A stretch of 30,331 nt of DNA from Clostridiales bacterium (lineage in GTDB: Bacteria > Bacillota > Clostridia > Lachnospirales > WQUN01), in NCBI GenBank assembly GCA_031273705.1, contig JAISRJ010000137.1, forward strand, positions 1 through 30,331, given 5' to 3'. The notes under the pieces were generated by a model. The model searched no databases and was not told the DNA's origin. It saw only the letters and a list, made by a program, of their open reading frames with translations. A program made the position numbers and the translations under genes. Shown here in pieces: positions 9,205-17,102 of the stretch. Every line of letters starts with the position of its first letter. The first letter of the stretch is position 1.

Positions 9205-10149
9205 GTGTATCAAGTCGCCTTACATGACCTGATAAAGGAATTCGATTTAAAATTACTATCCGAGAATGTAGATATTTCCAATAAGATTATAACGCACAGC
9301 GACATTAACAGACCCGCGTTGCAGCTTGCGGGGTTCTTTGACTACTTTGACTCGGACCGTCTGCAATTAATTGGTATTGTGGAATATACTTTTTTACAGC
9401 AGCTGGATGTTGATACCCGTTATGAAAACCTGCGTAAGATGTTTGCCTGTAAAATACCATGCTTGGTAATTTCGCGGGGCATGTCGCCCTTTGAAGAAAT
9501 GCTTCGCTTCGCGGATGATTATGACGTGCCTGTTTTGGGCTGTCCGTACAGCACGACGGAATTTATGGGTGAGGTTATACGCTGGCTAAAGGTACAGCTT
9601 GCCAACCGCATTACTCTTCATGGGGTACTGGTGGATATTTACGGCGAAGGCGTTTTGATCATGGGCGAGAGCGGCATAGGCAAGAGCGAAACCGCTTTGG
9701 AGCTGATCCACAGGGGGCATCGGTTCGTCGCCGACGACGCCGTTGAGATAAAGCGCGTCTCATATCAAACCTTGATCGGCAGCGGTCCCGACGTTATTAA
9801 GTATTTTCTGGAACTGCGAGGCATAGGGATTATTAATGTAAAGCACATGTTTGGTGTGGAATCCGTAAAGGCCACCCAGTCAATAGATTTGATCATCAGG
9901 CTGGAGCCATGGGATCAAAACAAGACTTATGACCGTTTCGGATTGCATGAGGAATACATGGATATTTTGGGCAATAAGGTTACTTGTCATTCCATACCCA
10001 TACGACCCAGCCGAAATCTTGCTATTATATGCGAGTCGGCGGCCATTAACCATAGACAGAAAAAAATGGGTTATAACGCGGCTCAAGAGCTAAACGACCG
10101 TGTTATGAACAATATCGCCCATCCAAAGGATTCTTCGGCCACGCGCTAA
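9205..10149 (+). CDS. hprK: HPr(Ser) kinase/phosphatase
   Basis: 314 aa, GTG start. INRPALQLAGFF, HGVLVDIYGEGVLIMGESGIGKSETALELI (Walker A), ADD, LELRGIGII, PIRPSRNLA. Confidence 0.97.
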   Translation: MYQVALHDLIKEFDLKLLSENVDISNKIITHSDINRPALQLAGFFDYFDSDRLQLIGIVEYTFLQQLDVDTRYENLRKMFACKIPCLVISRGMSPFEEMLRFADDYDVPVLGCPYSTTEFMGEVIRWLKVQLANRITLHGVLVDIYGEGVLIMGESGIGKSETALELIHRGHRFVADDAVEIKRVSYQTLIGSGPDVIKYFLELRGIGIINVKHMFGVESVKATQSIDLIIRLEPWDQNKTYDRFGLHEEYMDILGNKVTCHSIPIRPSRNLAIICESAAINHRQKKMGYNAAQELNDRVMNNIAHPKDSSATR

Positions 10150-10185
10150 TGTTTTTATGTATTCCCTCCGATAAAAATAATTAGA

Positions 10186-11151
10186 ATGTGGATAATAGTA
10201 TTGGGGCTGTGTTTTTTGGAACTTCTTGAATCAAAGTTTATCGCGTCAATCGAAAGAGAGGGCATTTTACGACCTCGGCAGCTGCTACTTAACGAACCTC
10301 TAAAACGACATACCACATTTAAAATCGGCGGACCTGCGGACATAATGGCGTTGCCTGAAAATTCTGAACAGATAGCTTTTTTAATAAAAAAGCTAACAGA
10401 GCTGGGCGCAAGATATATGATAATAGGCAACGGAAGTAATCTTTTATTTCCCGATGAAGGATTAAGAGGTGTAATAATCAAAATAGGGGAGAATTTCTCC
10501 GACTTGGAAATAAAAGACAACGTGCTGACCGCGCAATCCGGCAGGCAATTATCCTCGGCGGCGGCGGCGGCTGCCGAGGCGGGGTTATCGGGTATGGAAT
10601 TCGCGTCCGGCATACCGGGGTCGGTCGGCGGAGGGGTTTTTATGAACGCCGGTGCTTACGACGGTGAAATAAAGCATATCTTTGCCGGCGCTGAGGTCAT
10701 GTACCCAAGCGGAGAAATAAGAATTTTATCAAAGCCCGAAATGAACTTTGGATATAGGCATAGTATAGCTATGGATGAAAATCTTGTGATTCTTTCGGCC
10801 ATTTTTAAACTCACGCGGGACGAACGCTCCAACATACAAACTCGGATCAACGTATTGACGCAAAAACGCAGAGAAAAGCAGCCCATCGAAATGCCCAGCG
10901 CGGGCAGTGTATTTAAACGCCCGGAGGGTTACTTCGCCGGTAAACTGATTAGCGACGCGGGATTAAGGGGTTTTATAATCGGCGGCGCGCAAGTCTCCGA
11001 AAAACACGCCGGGTTTATCGTCAATAAAGGCGGCGCGACTTCGGATGATGTGCGACGGTTGATAAACCATATTCAAGTTACCGTTCTAAAACAATTCGGT
11101 GTTTTACTGCAACCGGAGATTAGAATCATAGCCGCGGAAGTAGGAAAATAA
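10186..11151 (+). CDS. murB: UDP-N-acetylenolpyruvoylglucosamine reductase (start uncertain; TTG at 10216 is an alternative)
   Basis: HTTFKIGGPA, GNGSNLL, GIPGSVGGGVFMNAGAY, FGYRHS, QP..MPSAGSVFKRP, VSEKHAGFIVN. The ATG at 10186 has no SD. Confidence 0.95.
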   Translation: MWIIVLGLCFLELLESKFIASIEREGILRPRQLLLNEPLKRHTTFKIGGPADIMALPENSEQIAFLIKKLTELGARYMIIGNGSNLLFPDEGLRGVIIKIGENFSDLEIKDNVLTAQSGRQLSSAAAAAAEAGLSGMEFASGIPGSVGGGVFMNAGAYDGEIKHIFAGAEVMYPSGEIRILSKPEMNFGYRHSIAMDENLVILSAIFKLTRDERSNIQTRINVLTQKRREKQPIEMPSAGSVFKRPEGYFAGKLISDAGLRGFIIGGAQVSEKHAGFIVNKGGATSDDVRRLINHIQVTVLKQFGVLLQPEIRIIAAEVGK

Positions 11152-12050
11152 TGCAATTCTTAATAGTAACAGGGATGTCGGGCGCGGGTAAGAGCACCGT
11201 GTTGAAATTTCTGGAAGACGCGGGTTTCTTTTGTGTGGATAATCTTCCGCCCGCTCTTATCTCCAAATTTGCGGAAGTATGCTCTCTTCCCGGCTCTGAA
11301 ATTAAGCAAGTCGCCTTGGGCATAGACGCCCGTGGCGCGGGTACTATGGTACCAGGTTCGCCGAGTGGTACGTTATTCGAGGAACTCATTTCAGAATTAA
11401 AAAATCTGTCTGTGGATAATTTCCAATATACTATACTGTTCTTAGACGCGTCTGATGAAACATTGGTCAAGAGATACAAGGAAACACGCCATAGCCACCC
11501 TTTGGCTAAAAACGAGAGGGTTATCTTTGGGATAGAAAAAGAGCGTGAGTTTCTGCACAGACTAAAAAAGCAGGCGGATTTTATAGTAGATACCAGTAAT
11601 ACCCTGACAAGACAGTTGAAAGATACGATAAATGAAATTATAATAAAGAATACTACATTCAACAGCCTGATCATTACTGTGTTATCGTTCGGGTTTAAAT
11701 ACGGCATACCGGATGATTCCGATTTGGTATTTGACGTGCGTTTTATGCCCAATCCCTTTTACATCACCGAAATGAGGGAGTTGACCGGCAAGGACGCGCC
11801 TGTGAGGGATTTTGTGATGAAATCCGAAATAAGCCGTCAATTTCATGAAAAACTGCTGGATCTGGTGACTTTTCTAATACCACACTATGTTGATGAAGGA
11901 AAAAATCAGCTGATCATTAGCATTGGCTGCACTGGTGGCAAACACAGATCAGTAACACTGGCCGAGGCGCTCTACAGCGAATTAAAAGAAGATGGTTTCG
12001 CCACACATATCACTCACAGGGATATTGACAAAGACGCGAAACGTTATTAA
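11151..12050 (+). CDS. rapZ: RNase adapter RapZ / YvcJ family P-loop protein
   Basis: 299 aa. IVTGMSGAGKS (Walker A), FCVDNLPP, RHSHPL, SFGFKYGIP, FDVRFMPNP, GCTGGKHRSV. Confidence 0.95.
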   Translation: MQFLIVTGMSGAGKSTVLKFLEDAGFFCVDNLPPALISKFAEVCSLPGSEIKQVALGIDARGAGTMVPGSPSGTLFEELISELKNLSVDNFQYTILFLDASDETLVKRYKETRHSHPLAKNERVIFGIEKEREFLHRLKKQADFIVDTSNTLTRQLKDTINEIIIKNTTFNSLIITVLSFGFKYGIPDDSDLVFDVRFMPNPFYITEMRELTGKDAPVRDFVMKSEISRQFHEKLLDLVTFLIPHYVDEGKNQLIISIGCTGGKHRSVTLAEALYSELKEDGFATHITHRDIDKDAKRY

Positions 12051-12083
12051 TTATATCAGCAAGTATAACTGGCGGGATGGAAT

Positions 12084-12809
12084 ATGTCTTTTTCGTCGGA
12101 AGTAAAGAAAGAATTACTTAGTATTAAACCGACGGCTGAACATTGTATACTGGCGCAGACAATTGCCCGAGAACATTTTGGAAAAAATAAGCTGACTAGA
12201 GCGGGGAAGTTCAGGGTAGGGGAGTCTTTAGAAAAAAACTGCTGTAAACGCGCATATATTCGAGGCGCGTTTATAGAGAGCGGCTCTCTTAACGCACCCG
12301 AAAAGGCTTACCATCTTGAATTTATCAACCCAAATCGCGAATATGTCGATATATTGGTTTACGCAATCGAATTCTTTGATATTCGCGCAAAAGTAACGGA
12401 ACGCAAAGGACATTGGGTTGTATATTTTAAAGAAGGAGAACATGTAGTAGACTTACTTAACATAATGGGCGCTCATAATTCGCTGTTAAATTTTGAGAAC
12501 GCGCGCATTGTAAAAAACATGCGTAACAATGTCAACCGAATTGTTAATTGCGAAACCGCGAATCTCTCAAAAACTGTAACCGCGTCCATAAAACAAATAA
12601 ACGATATAAAAACCATTGCCCGTATAACGGGATTAGGATATCTAAGCACGCAATTAAAAGAGGTAGCGTTAATCCGTTTAAAATATGAAGAAGCCACGTT
12701 AAAGGAGATAGGCGTTATGTTATCACCGCCTGTGGGAAAGTCAGGCGTAAATCACAGATTACGTAAAATCAGCGGAATAGCGGAAAATCTACGAGGAGGA
12801 AAAGTATGA
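12084..12809 (+). CDS. whiA: DNA-binding protein WhiA (unusually short)
   Basis: 241 aa. MSFSSEVKKEL, CCKRAYIRGAF..SGS...PEKAYHLE, NRIVNCETANLSKT, C-terminal HTH TLKEIG...VGKSGVNHRL. Position between rapZ and HPr is typical. Confidence 0.9.
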   Translation: MSFSSEVKKELLSIKPTAEHCILAQTIAREHFGKNKLTRAGKFRVGESLEKNCCKRAYIRGAFIESGSLNAPEKAYHLEFINPNREYVDILVYAIEFFDIRAKVTERKGHWVVYFKEGEHVVDLLNIMGAHNSLLNFENARIVKNMRNNVNRIVNCETANLSKTVTASIKQINDIKTIARITGLGYLSTQLKEVALIRLKYEEATLKEIGVMLSPPVGKSGVNHRLRKISGIAENLRGGKV

Positions 12810-13054
12810 TTGAGCGAAATATTCAGGTTGTTTCCAGTTTGGAGGCTAGGCCGGCGGCGTTATTTGTGCAGACCGCCAGCCAATTCGACAGTAAGATTAA
12901 CCTGAGAATTGATGAAAAAATGATCAACGCTAAAAGTATTATGGGGGTTATCTCGCTTGGCGTGTTGGACGGCCAATTTGTCACCATCTCTGCCGACGGC
13001 ACGGATGAAAAACAAGCTGTAGATAGGCTCGAACGGTTCCTTAGCGCGGTATAA
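12806..13054 (+). CDS. HPr-family protein, Crh-like (His15 position is Glu; Ser46 retained)
   Basis: 82 aa. LEARPAALFVQTASQFDS and NAKSIMG; 4-bp overlap with whiA; RBS GGAGG. Confidence 0.9.
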   Translation: MIERNIQVVSSLEARPAALFVQTASQFDSKINLRIDEKMINAKSIMGVISLGVLDGQFVTISADGTDEKQAVDRLERFLSAV

Positions 13055-13077
13055 GCGCCAATCGGAGGTAGAAAAAT

Positions 13078-14376
13078 TTGTTAGGTGAAATAGGCATATT
13101 GATTCTACTCATGTTTTGTAACAGTCTATTTGCGGCCACAGAAATTGCCATACTCAGCGTAAATCAAAACAGACTGCGTAAGAAAGCTGATATAGGTGAG
13201 AAGAAAGCGATTCTACTGCGGGCGATGATAGAAAATCCCAGCAATTTTCTGGCCACAATTCAGATTGGGATATCAATAATTGCCTTATTTTCCGGCGCGT
13301 TTGCCGCTCAATCATTTGCCGATGAACTTACGAAATTGTTAATTGCGATTGGCGTACCGCTATCCGAACCGATATTGGCACGAATTTCCGTTATTCTTAT
13401 TACGTTGCTGTTATCATACTTTACGCTTGTTTTGGGAGAATTGGTCCCCAAACGCATAGCGATGAAAAAATCGGAATCTATTGCGATGGCAATGGTTATT
13501 CCTATAAATACAATATCACGTATTGCCAGACCATTTGTTAGAATTTTATCCGCGTCTACAAATTTAGTCGCGAAATTATTCGGAGTAACCGCGGAAGATG
13601 CCGGAGACGATGTTACCGAGGAAGAGATTCGTCTGATGGTGGACGCCGGGGGTGATACGGGCGCGATAGACGAATCTGAAATGGAAATGATTAACAACAT
13701 ATTCGAGTTTGACGATAAGACCGCTGACGACATTTGCACGCACAGGACGGATATTGTGGCTTTACCTATAGACGCGGCCAAAGATGAGATTATAGACATT
13801 ATGGAAAACGAAAAGTTCTCGCGCGTACCTGTTTATGAGGACAGTATTGATAATATAATTGGCATATTGCATATTAAAGATGTCTTGAAATACATAATCC
13901 ACAACAATCTTCAGGAGGTTGATTTAAAACAGATTATCCGCAAACCTCATTTTGTGCCATTTTCTGTCAAGACTGACGAATTATTTCAGGATATGCAAAA
14001 AAACAAGATTCATGTCGCGGTTGTGCTGGACGAATATGGTGGCACATTGGGTATTGTGACGATGGAAGATCTTATTGAGGAAGTAATGGGCAATATCTTT
14101 GACGAGTATGATGAGGAAGAGAAATTAATTGTCGCATTGGGTGATAATACATTCAATGTAAGCGGTTCGATAGATTTAGTAGAGATTAGCAGTTATTTTG
14201 ACGTAATGCTGCCGTTGGACGATTATAATACGCTAGGTGGATTCATAATCAGCCAACTGGGGCGTATTCCAACGGATGAGGAACAACCGGAACTGGAATT
14301 TAATGGACTGTTGTTTAAGGTAAGCAAAGTTGAAGAAAAAAGAATCGCGGAAGTTTTGATCTGCAAGACGGAATAA
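13078..14376 (+). CDS. Hemolysin-family / CNNM (DUF21-CBS-CBS-CorC) Mg2+/Co2+ transport-related protein
   Basis: 432 aa, TTG start with RBS GGAGG. FAATEIAIL, TIQIGIS, LVLGELVPKRIA, FSRVPVY, VLDEYGGTLGIVTMEDLIEEVMG, CorC-like C-terminus. Confidence 0.92.
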   Translation: MLGEIGILILLMFCNSLFAATEIAILSVNQNRLRKKADIGEKKAILLRAMIENPSNFLATIQIGISIIALFSGAFAAQSFADELTKLLIAIGVPLSEPILARISVILITLLLSYFTLVLGELVPKRIAMKKSESIAMAMVIPINTISRIARPFVRILSASTNLVAKLFGVTAEDAGDDVTEEEIRLMVDAGGDTGAIDESEMEMINNIFEFDDKTADDICTHRTDIVALPIDAAKDEIIDIMENEKFSRVPVYEDSIDNIIGILHIKDVLKYIIHNNLQEVDLKQIIRKPHFVPFSVKTDELFQDMQKNKIHVAVVLDEYGGTLGIVTMEDLIEEVMGNIFDEYDEEEKLIVALGDNTFNVSGSIDLVEISSYFDVMLPLDDYNTLGGFIISQLGRIPTDEEQPELEFNGLLFKVSKVEEKRIAEVLICKTE

Positions 14377-14392
14377 TAGTTATTAAGGACTT

Positions 14393-14446
14393 AATAGTTC
14401 TCGCCAACTCCCTCTGAATGCGATGGGGGAGTTGGCGATAACTATT
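14393..14446. terminator. Long hairpin between convergent genes; possible bidirectional terminator without a classical U-tract
   Basis: AATAGTT-C-TCGCCAACTCCC-(14 nt)-GGGAGTTGGCGA-T-AACTATT. Confidence 0.5.
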
Positions 14447-14470
14447 CGCGAAAGAATAGTTTAATGAAAT

Positions 14471-14685
14471 ACCGCCCCCGGCTGCGGGCGCAAACGGCTT
14501 TGCGCAAAGCCCCCCAAAGGCGGTTTCGCATAAAGCCGTTCACACCCGCGCAAGTTTGCGTCCGCGCAAGTTTGCGTATTCGGCAATGGTAATAACTTGC
14601 CGCTAACGTGGTAACCGCATAGCGCCAATACTCTAATAAGCGCCTTGCGTGAATGGCTGTTGCGATTCTGCCTCCGGGGGGCGGC
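14471..14685. other. ~215-nt highly structured element (candidate ncRNA or MITE/REP-like repeat)
   Basis: Closed by a 10-bp all-GC stem (14472-14481 / 14674-14684). Contains a 9-bp stem (14493-14501 / 14532-14540), a 16-bp perfect palindrome (14496-14511), a 16-bp tandem duplication (14546-14577) and a hairpin (14581-14602). Confidence 0.45.
14546..14577. repeat. 2 x 16-bp tandem repeat CCGCGCAAGTTTGCGT
   Basis: Exact copies at 14546-14561 and 14562-14577. Confidence 0.9.
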
Positions 14686-14699
14686 TCATGCCGATTTTC

Positions 14700-15848
14700 C
14701 TATATTTGACGCTTTCTTTGCAAGAAAATCGGAATATCAAACGGTACTTCTTCTATGTCCCTTACAGGGCGCATGTCAACCGGTTTGCGTGAGCGATTTT
14801 CCGGTTTTACTTCCTCGCGTACATCATACGCGGGTTGTTTTTCGACCGGCGGAAAGGGTTCAATATTCTTTAACGGTTTTAATCTTGGTTCGCGCACATC
14901 ATCAAGACCTGTAGCTATAACCGTTACTATAACTTCATCTTTCAGCTCATCGTTAATGGTCGCGCCGAATATAATCTCAGCGTTTTGATCAATAGCGTTG
15001 CGGATAATCTTCGCTGCCATATTAATATCACGCAGCCCAAGAGTAGAATCCCCCGAAAAGCTGATAATAGCGCTCTTTGCCCCGTCAATGGTGGATTCAA
15101 GCAGAGGACTTTTAATTGCCATCTCCGCCGCCATCTCGGTACGGTTTTTACCGCTTGCCCGACCTACGCCCATGTGCGCGATGCCCTTTTCAAACATTAC
15201 AGTCCGCACATCGGCAAAGTCTAAATTAATCAATCCGTCTTTAAGTATCAAGTCGCTTATACCCAACACACCTTGCCTTAAAACTTCATCCGCTTTTTTA
15301 AATGAATCTTGCAATGATGTATCGTCGTCTATTAATTCCACAAGTTTTTCATTGGGAATAATAACCAATGTGTCAACATTCTTTTTTAGTTCGCTGATAC
15401 CTTCCAGCGCGTTTTTCATGCGCGGAACGCCTTCAAATTCAAAGGGTTTTGTAACAACGCCAACTGTCAAAATGCCCATTTCACGCGCTATACCCGCTAT
15501 TATGGGCGCCGCGCCTGTGCCTGTGCCGCCACCCATACCCGCTGTTACAAACAGCATATCCGTATCGGCTATCGCCGAAGCAACGGCGTCACGGGTTTCC
15601 TCCGCGGCACGCTTGCCTATTTCCGGTCTGCCGCCCGCCCCTAACCCTCTGGTTAATTTTTCACCTATTTGTAAGCGTGTGGAAGCCTTGGAACGTTCCA
15701 AGGCTTGTATGTCCGTATTAACAGAGATAAAGTCTATGTACTGAATATTGTCTACAATCATACGGTCCACAGCGTTATTGCCGCCTCCGCCTACCCCGAT
15801 AACTTTAATACGGGCTTTACTGTTTTGCATTACGTCTATGTTGATCAA
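14700..15848 (-). CDS. ftsZ: Cell division protein FtsZ
   Basis: 382 aa, TTG start with GGAGG 7 nt upstream. [34 protein letters not shown] (tubulin signature), INLDFADV, C-terminal core FDIPIFL. Confidence 0.98.
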   Translation of the reverse strand: MINIDVMQNSKARIKVIGVGGGGNNAVDRMIVDNIQYIDFISVNTDIQALERSKASTRLQIGEKLTRGLGAGGRPEIGKRAAEETRDAVASAIADTDMLFVTAGMGGGTGTGAAPIIAGIAREMGILTVGVVTKPFEFEGVPRMKNALEGISELKKNVDTLVIIPNEKLVELIDDDTSLQDSFKKADEVLRQGVLGISDLILKDGLINLDFADVRTVMFEKGIAHMGVGRASGKNRTEMAAEMAIKSPLLESTIDGAKSAIISFSGDSTLGLRDINMAAKIIRNAIDQNAEIIFGATINDELKDEVIVTVIATGLDDVREPRLKPLKNIEPFPPVEKQPAYDVREEVKPENRSRKPVDMRPVRDIEEVPFDIPIFLQRKRQI

Positions 15849-15963
15849 GAAATCGCCTCCCTGCTTTTTTCTTTTGAATCAAGATAGAGAATATTCTATC
15901 CATATGGCCAAATACATCACCGCCCCGCAAAACTACATCTTAGAAACTTTAGTGTTTTCTACC

Positions 15964-16695
15964 CTAAGTCAGCGCTTTGAATATATAGCTTCGCTTTATT
16001 TCTCTAATGTCCAAAACCCCCTTAACGGTCTCCGCGTCAGGCAGATTAAAGAATATTTCTTTAACTGTGCGTAACTTTTCATCCCCATTACTGACAGAGC
16101 CGATAGCTACATCCACATTATAGATATGTATATGAATATCCTTTAGTTCCGAAACATCGATCTTCTTAATAAAAAGATCCGCAAACTCATACTTTTGGAA
16201 CCATTTTAATAACATTACAATCACTTCAAAGGCTTCGGGGTTATCCGTCCGCAAAACCTGTCCAGTATTAAAGCTACTGAATTCCAGTCCTTCGATAATC
16301 GGCAGAGCTTCGTCGATACTATCGGCGGTTTTAATAACTTTTCCGTCGCGATCTACGCAAAGATATGAGTTAATATAAGGCACATATCCGCTTAAAACAA
16401 TTTCATCTAAACTTACTCTTACAATATTTGGGAATCGTTTCTGGATAGATACACTCTCTATATGAGGGTTATTGTTTAAAATCTGTTTCGCGCGCGTTAA
16501 ATTAAGCAGCAAGATATTACGCGGCTGTGAAAGCCCCAAAGATTCCACTACGGTTTCTCTTTCAATATGTACATTGCCCACCAAAACCAAATCCGATTCC
16601 GTTACCAAAAAATAAGGAGAAAACACTGTTATCAGCAGCCCCGCGGCCAAAGCGCAGCCTATAAGCGTTATTCTATAACGTAAACTCAAGCCCAT
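15964..16695 (-). CDS. ftsQ: Cell division protein FtsQ/DivIB
   Basis: 243 aa: one N-terminal TM, POTRA-like domain (V.GN.HI...NILLL...NPHIESVSIQKRFPN.VRV), then YLCVDRDGKV and C-terminal G.LDIR. Lies directly upstream of ftsZ. Confidence 0.8.
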   Translation of the reverse strand: MGLSLRYRITLIGCALAAGLLITVFSPYFLVTESDLVLVGNVHIERETVVESLGLSQPRNILLLNLTRAKQILNNNPHIESVSIQKRFPNIVRVSLDEIVLSGYVPYINSYLCVDRDGKVIKTADSIDEALPIIEGLEFSSFNTGQVLRTDNPEAFEVIVMLLKWFQKYEFADLFIKKIDVSELKDIHIHIYNVDVAIGSVSNGDEKLRTVKEIFFNLPDAETVKGVLDIREIKRSYIFKALT

Positions 16696-16767
16696 GCATC
16701 CTCCATTAAATTTAAAAGACAGCCTTGTATATGATTAAGATGATTCGTTTGTAATTATGTTAATTAT

Positions 16768-16796
16768 ATCATACATTCTCTTTTGCACAATGTCAA
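16768..16796 (-). promoter_or_regulatory. SigA-type promoter for ftsQ-ftsZ
   Basis: Minus strand TTGACA (16796-16791)-N17-TATGAT (16773-16768). Confidence 0.65.
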
Positions 16797-16961
16797 CTTC
16801 CGTATCTTTATATTGCAGTTCGTATTGCAACACTTGGCTGCTGTGCTTTTTATTATCAATCAAAACGCGAATTTGCGCAATCATTTTAGGTCTACATTTT
16901 TTTATGTATTTTGCGACGCTTGGGCTCGATTACGACAAAGGCCAGCAAAAGATAAAATAAT

Positions 16962-16981
16962 TTCATATTTGTTCATATTTG
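16962..16981. repeat. 2 x 10-bp direct repeat TTCATATTTG
   Basis: Exact copies at 16962-16971 and 16972-16981, in the divergent promoter region. Confidence 0.8.
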
Positions 16982-17023
16982 AATAAAATCCCAATTTTGC
17001 CATTACATAACATCCATCATGAC

Positions 17024-17053
17024 TTGACAAGAATCGCCACAATACATTATACT
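17024..17053 (+). promoter_or_regulatory. SigA-type promoter for the CpaE-like gene
   Basis: TTGACA-N18-TATACT; RBS GAGGAGG before the ATG at 17103. Confidence 0.6.
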
Positions 17054-17102
17054 ACAGTAGTAGGGGTTTATCTAAATATGCACACGCATTGAGGAGGCTG
17101 AC

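Noticed and set aside
10147-10174. Sigma-28-like TAAT-N16-TCCGATAA upstream of murB
   Set aside because: One mismatch in each element, overlap with the hprK stop, and no plausible flagellar context.
10558-10575. (GCG)4 microsatellite / poly-Ala in murB
   Set aside because: Short, in frame, and within a normally Ala-rich helix; the catalytic motifs are intact.
14590-14670. Integron attC-like site (minus strand TCGCAAC ... GTTAGCGGC)
   Set aside because: There is a superficial resemblance, but neither end fits RYYYAAC/GTTRRRY, the L-box pairing is poor, and there is no cassette ORF or integrase. Kept only as a possible origin of the structured element.
14471-14685. tmRNA, SRP RNA, RNase P or canonical 6S RNA
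   Set aside because: No tRNA-like CCA end, SRP GGAA-loop motif, GAGGAAAGTCC, or the Firmicute 6S motifs as I recall them. A divergent 6S cannot be fully excluded without a covariance-model search.
16725-16777. Sporulation sigma-E/K promoters (CATACA/CATATA elements)
   Set aside because: No -35 element at the correct spacing; these sequences are explained by the SigA promoter of ftsQ.
16757-16986. Small ORFs in the ftsQ/cpaE-like intergenic region
   Set aside because: No SD, overlap with the ftsQ promoter on the opposite strand, and no recognisable features.
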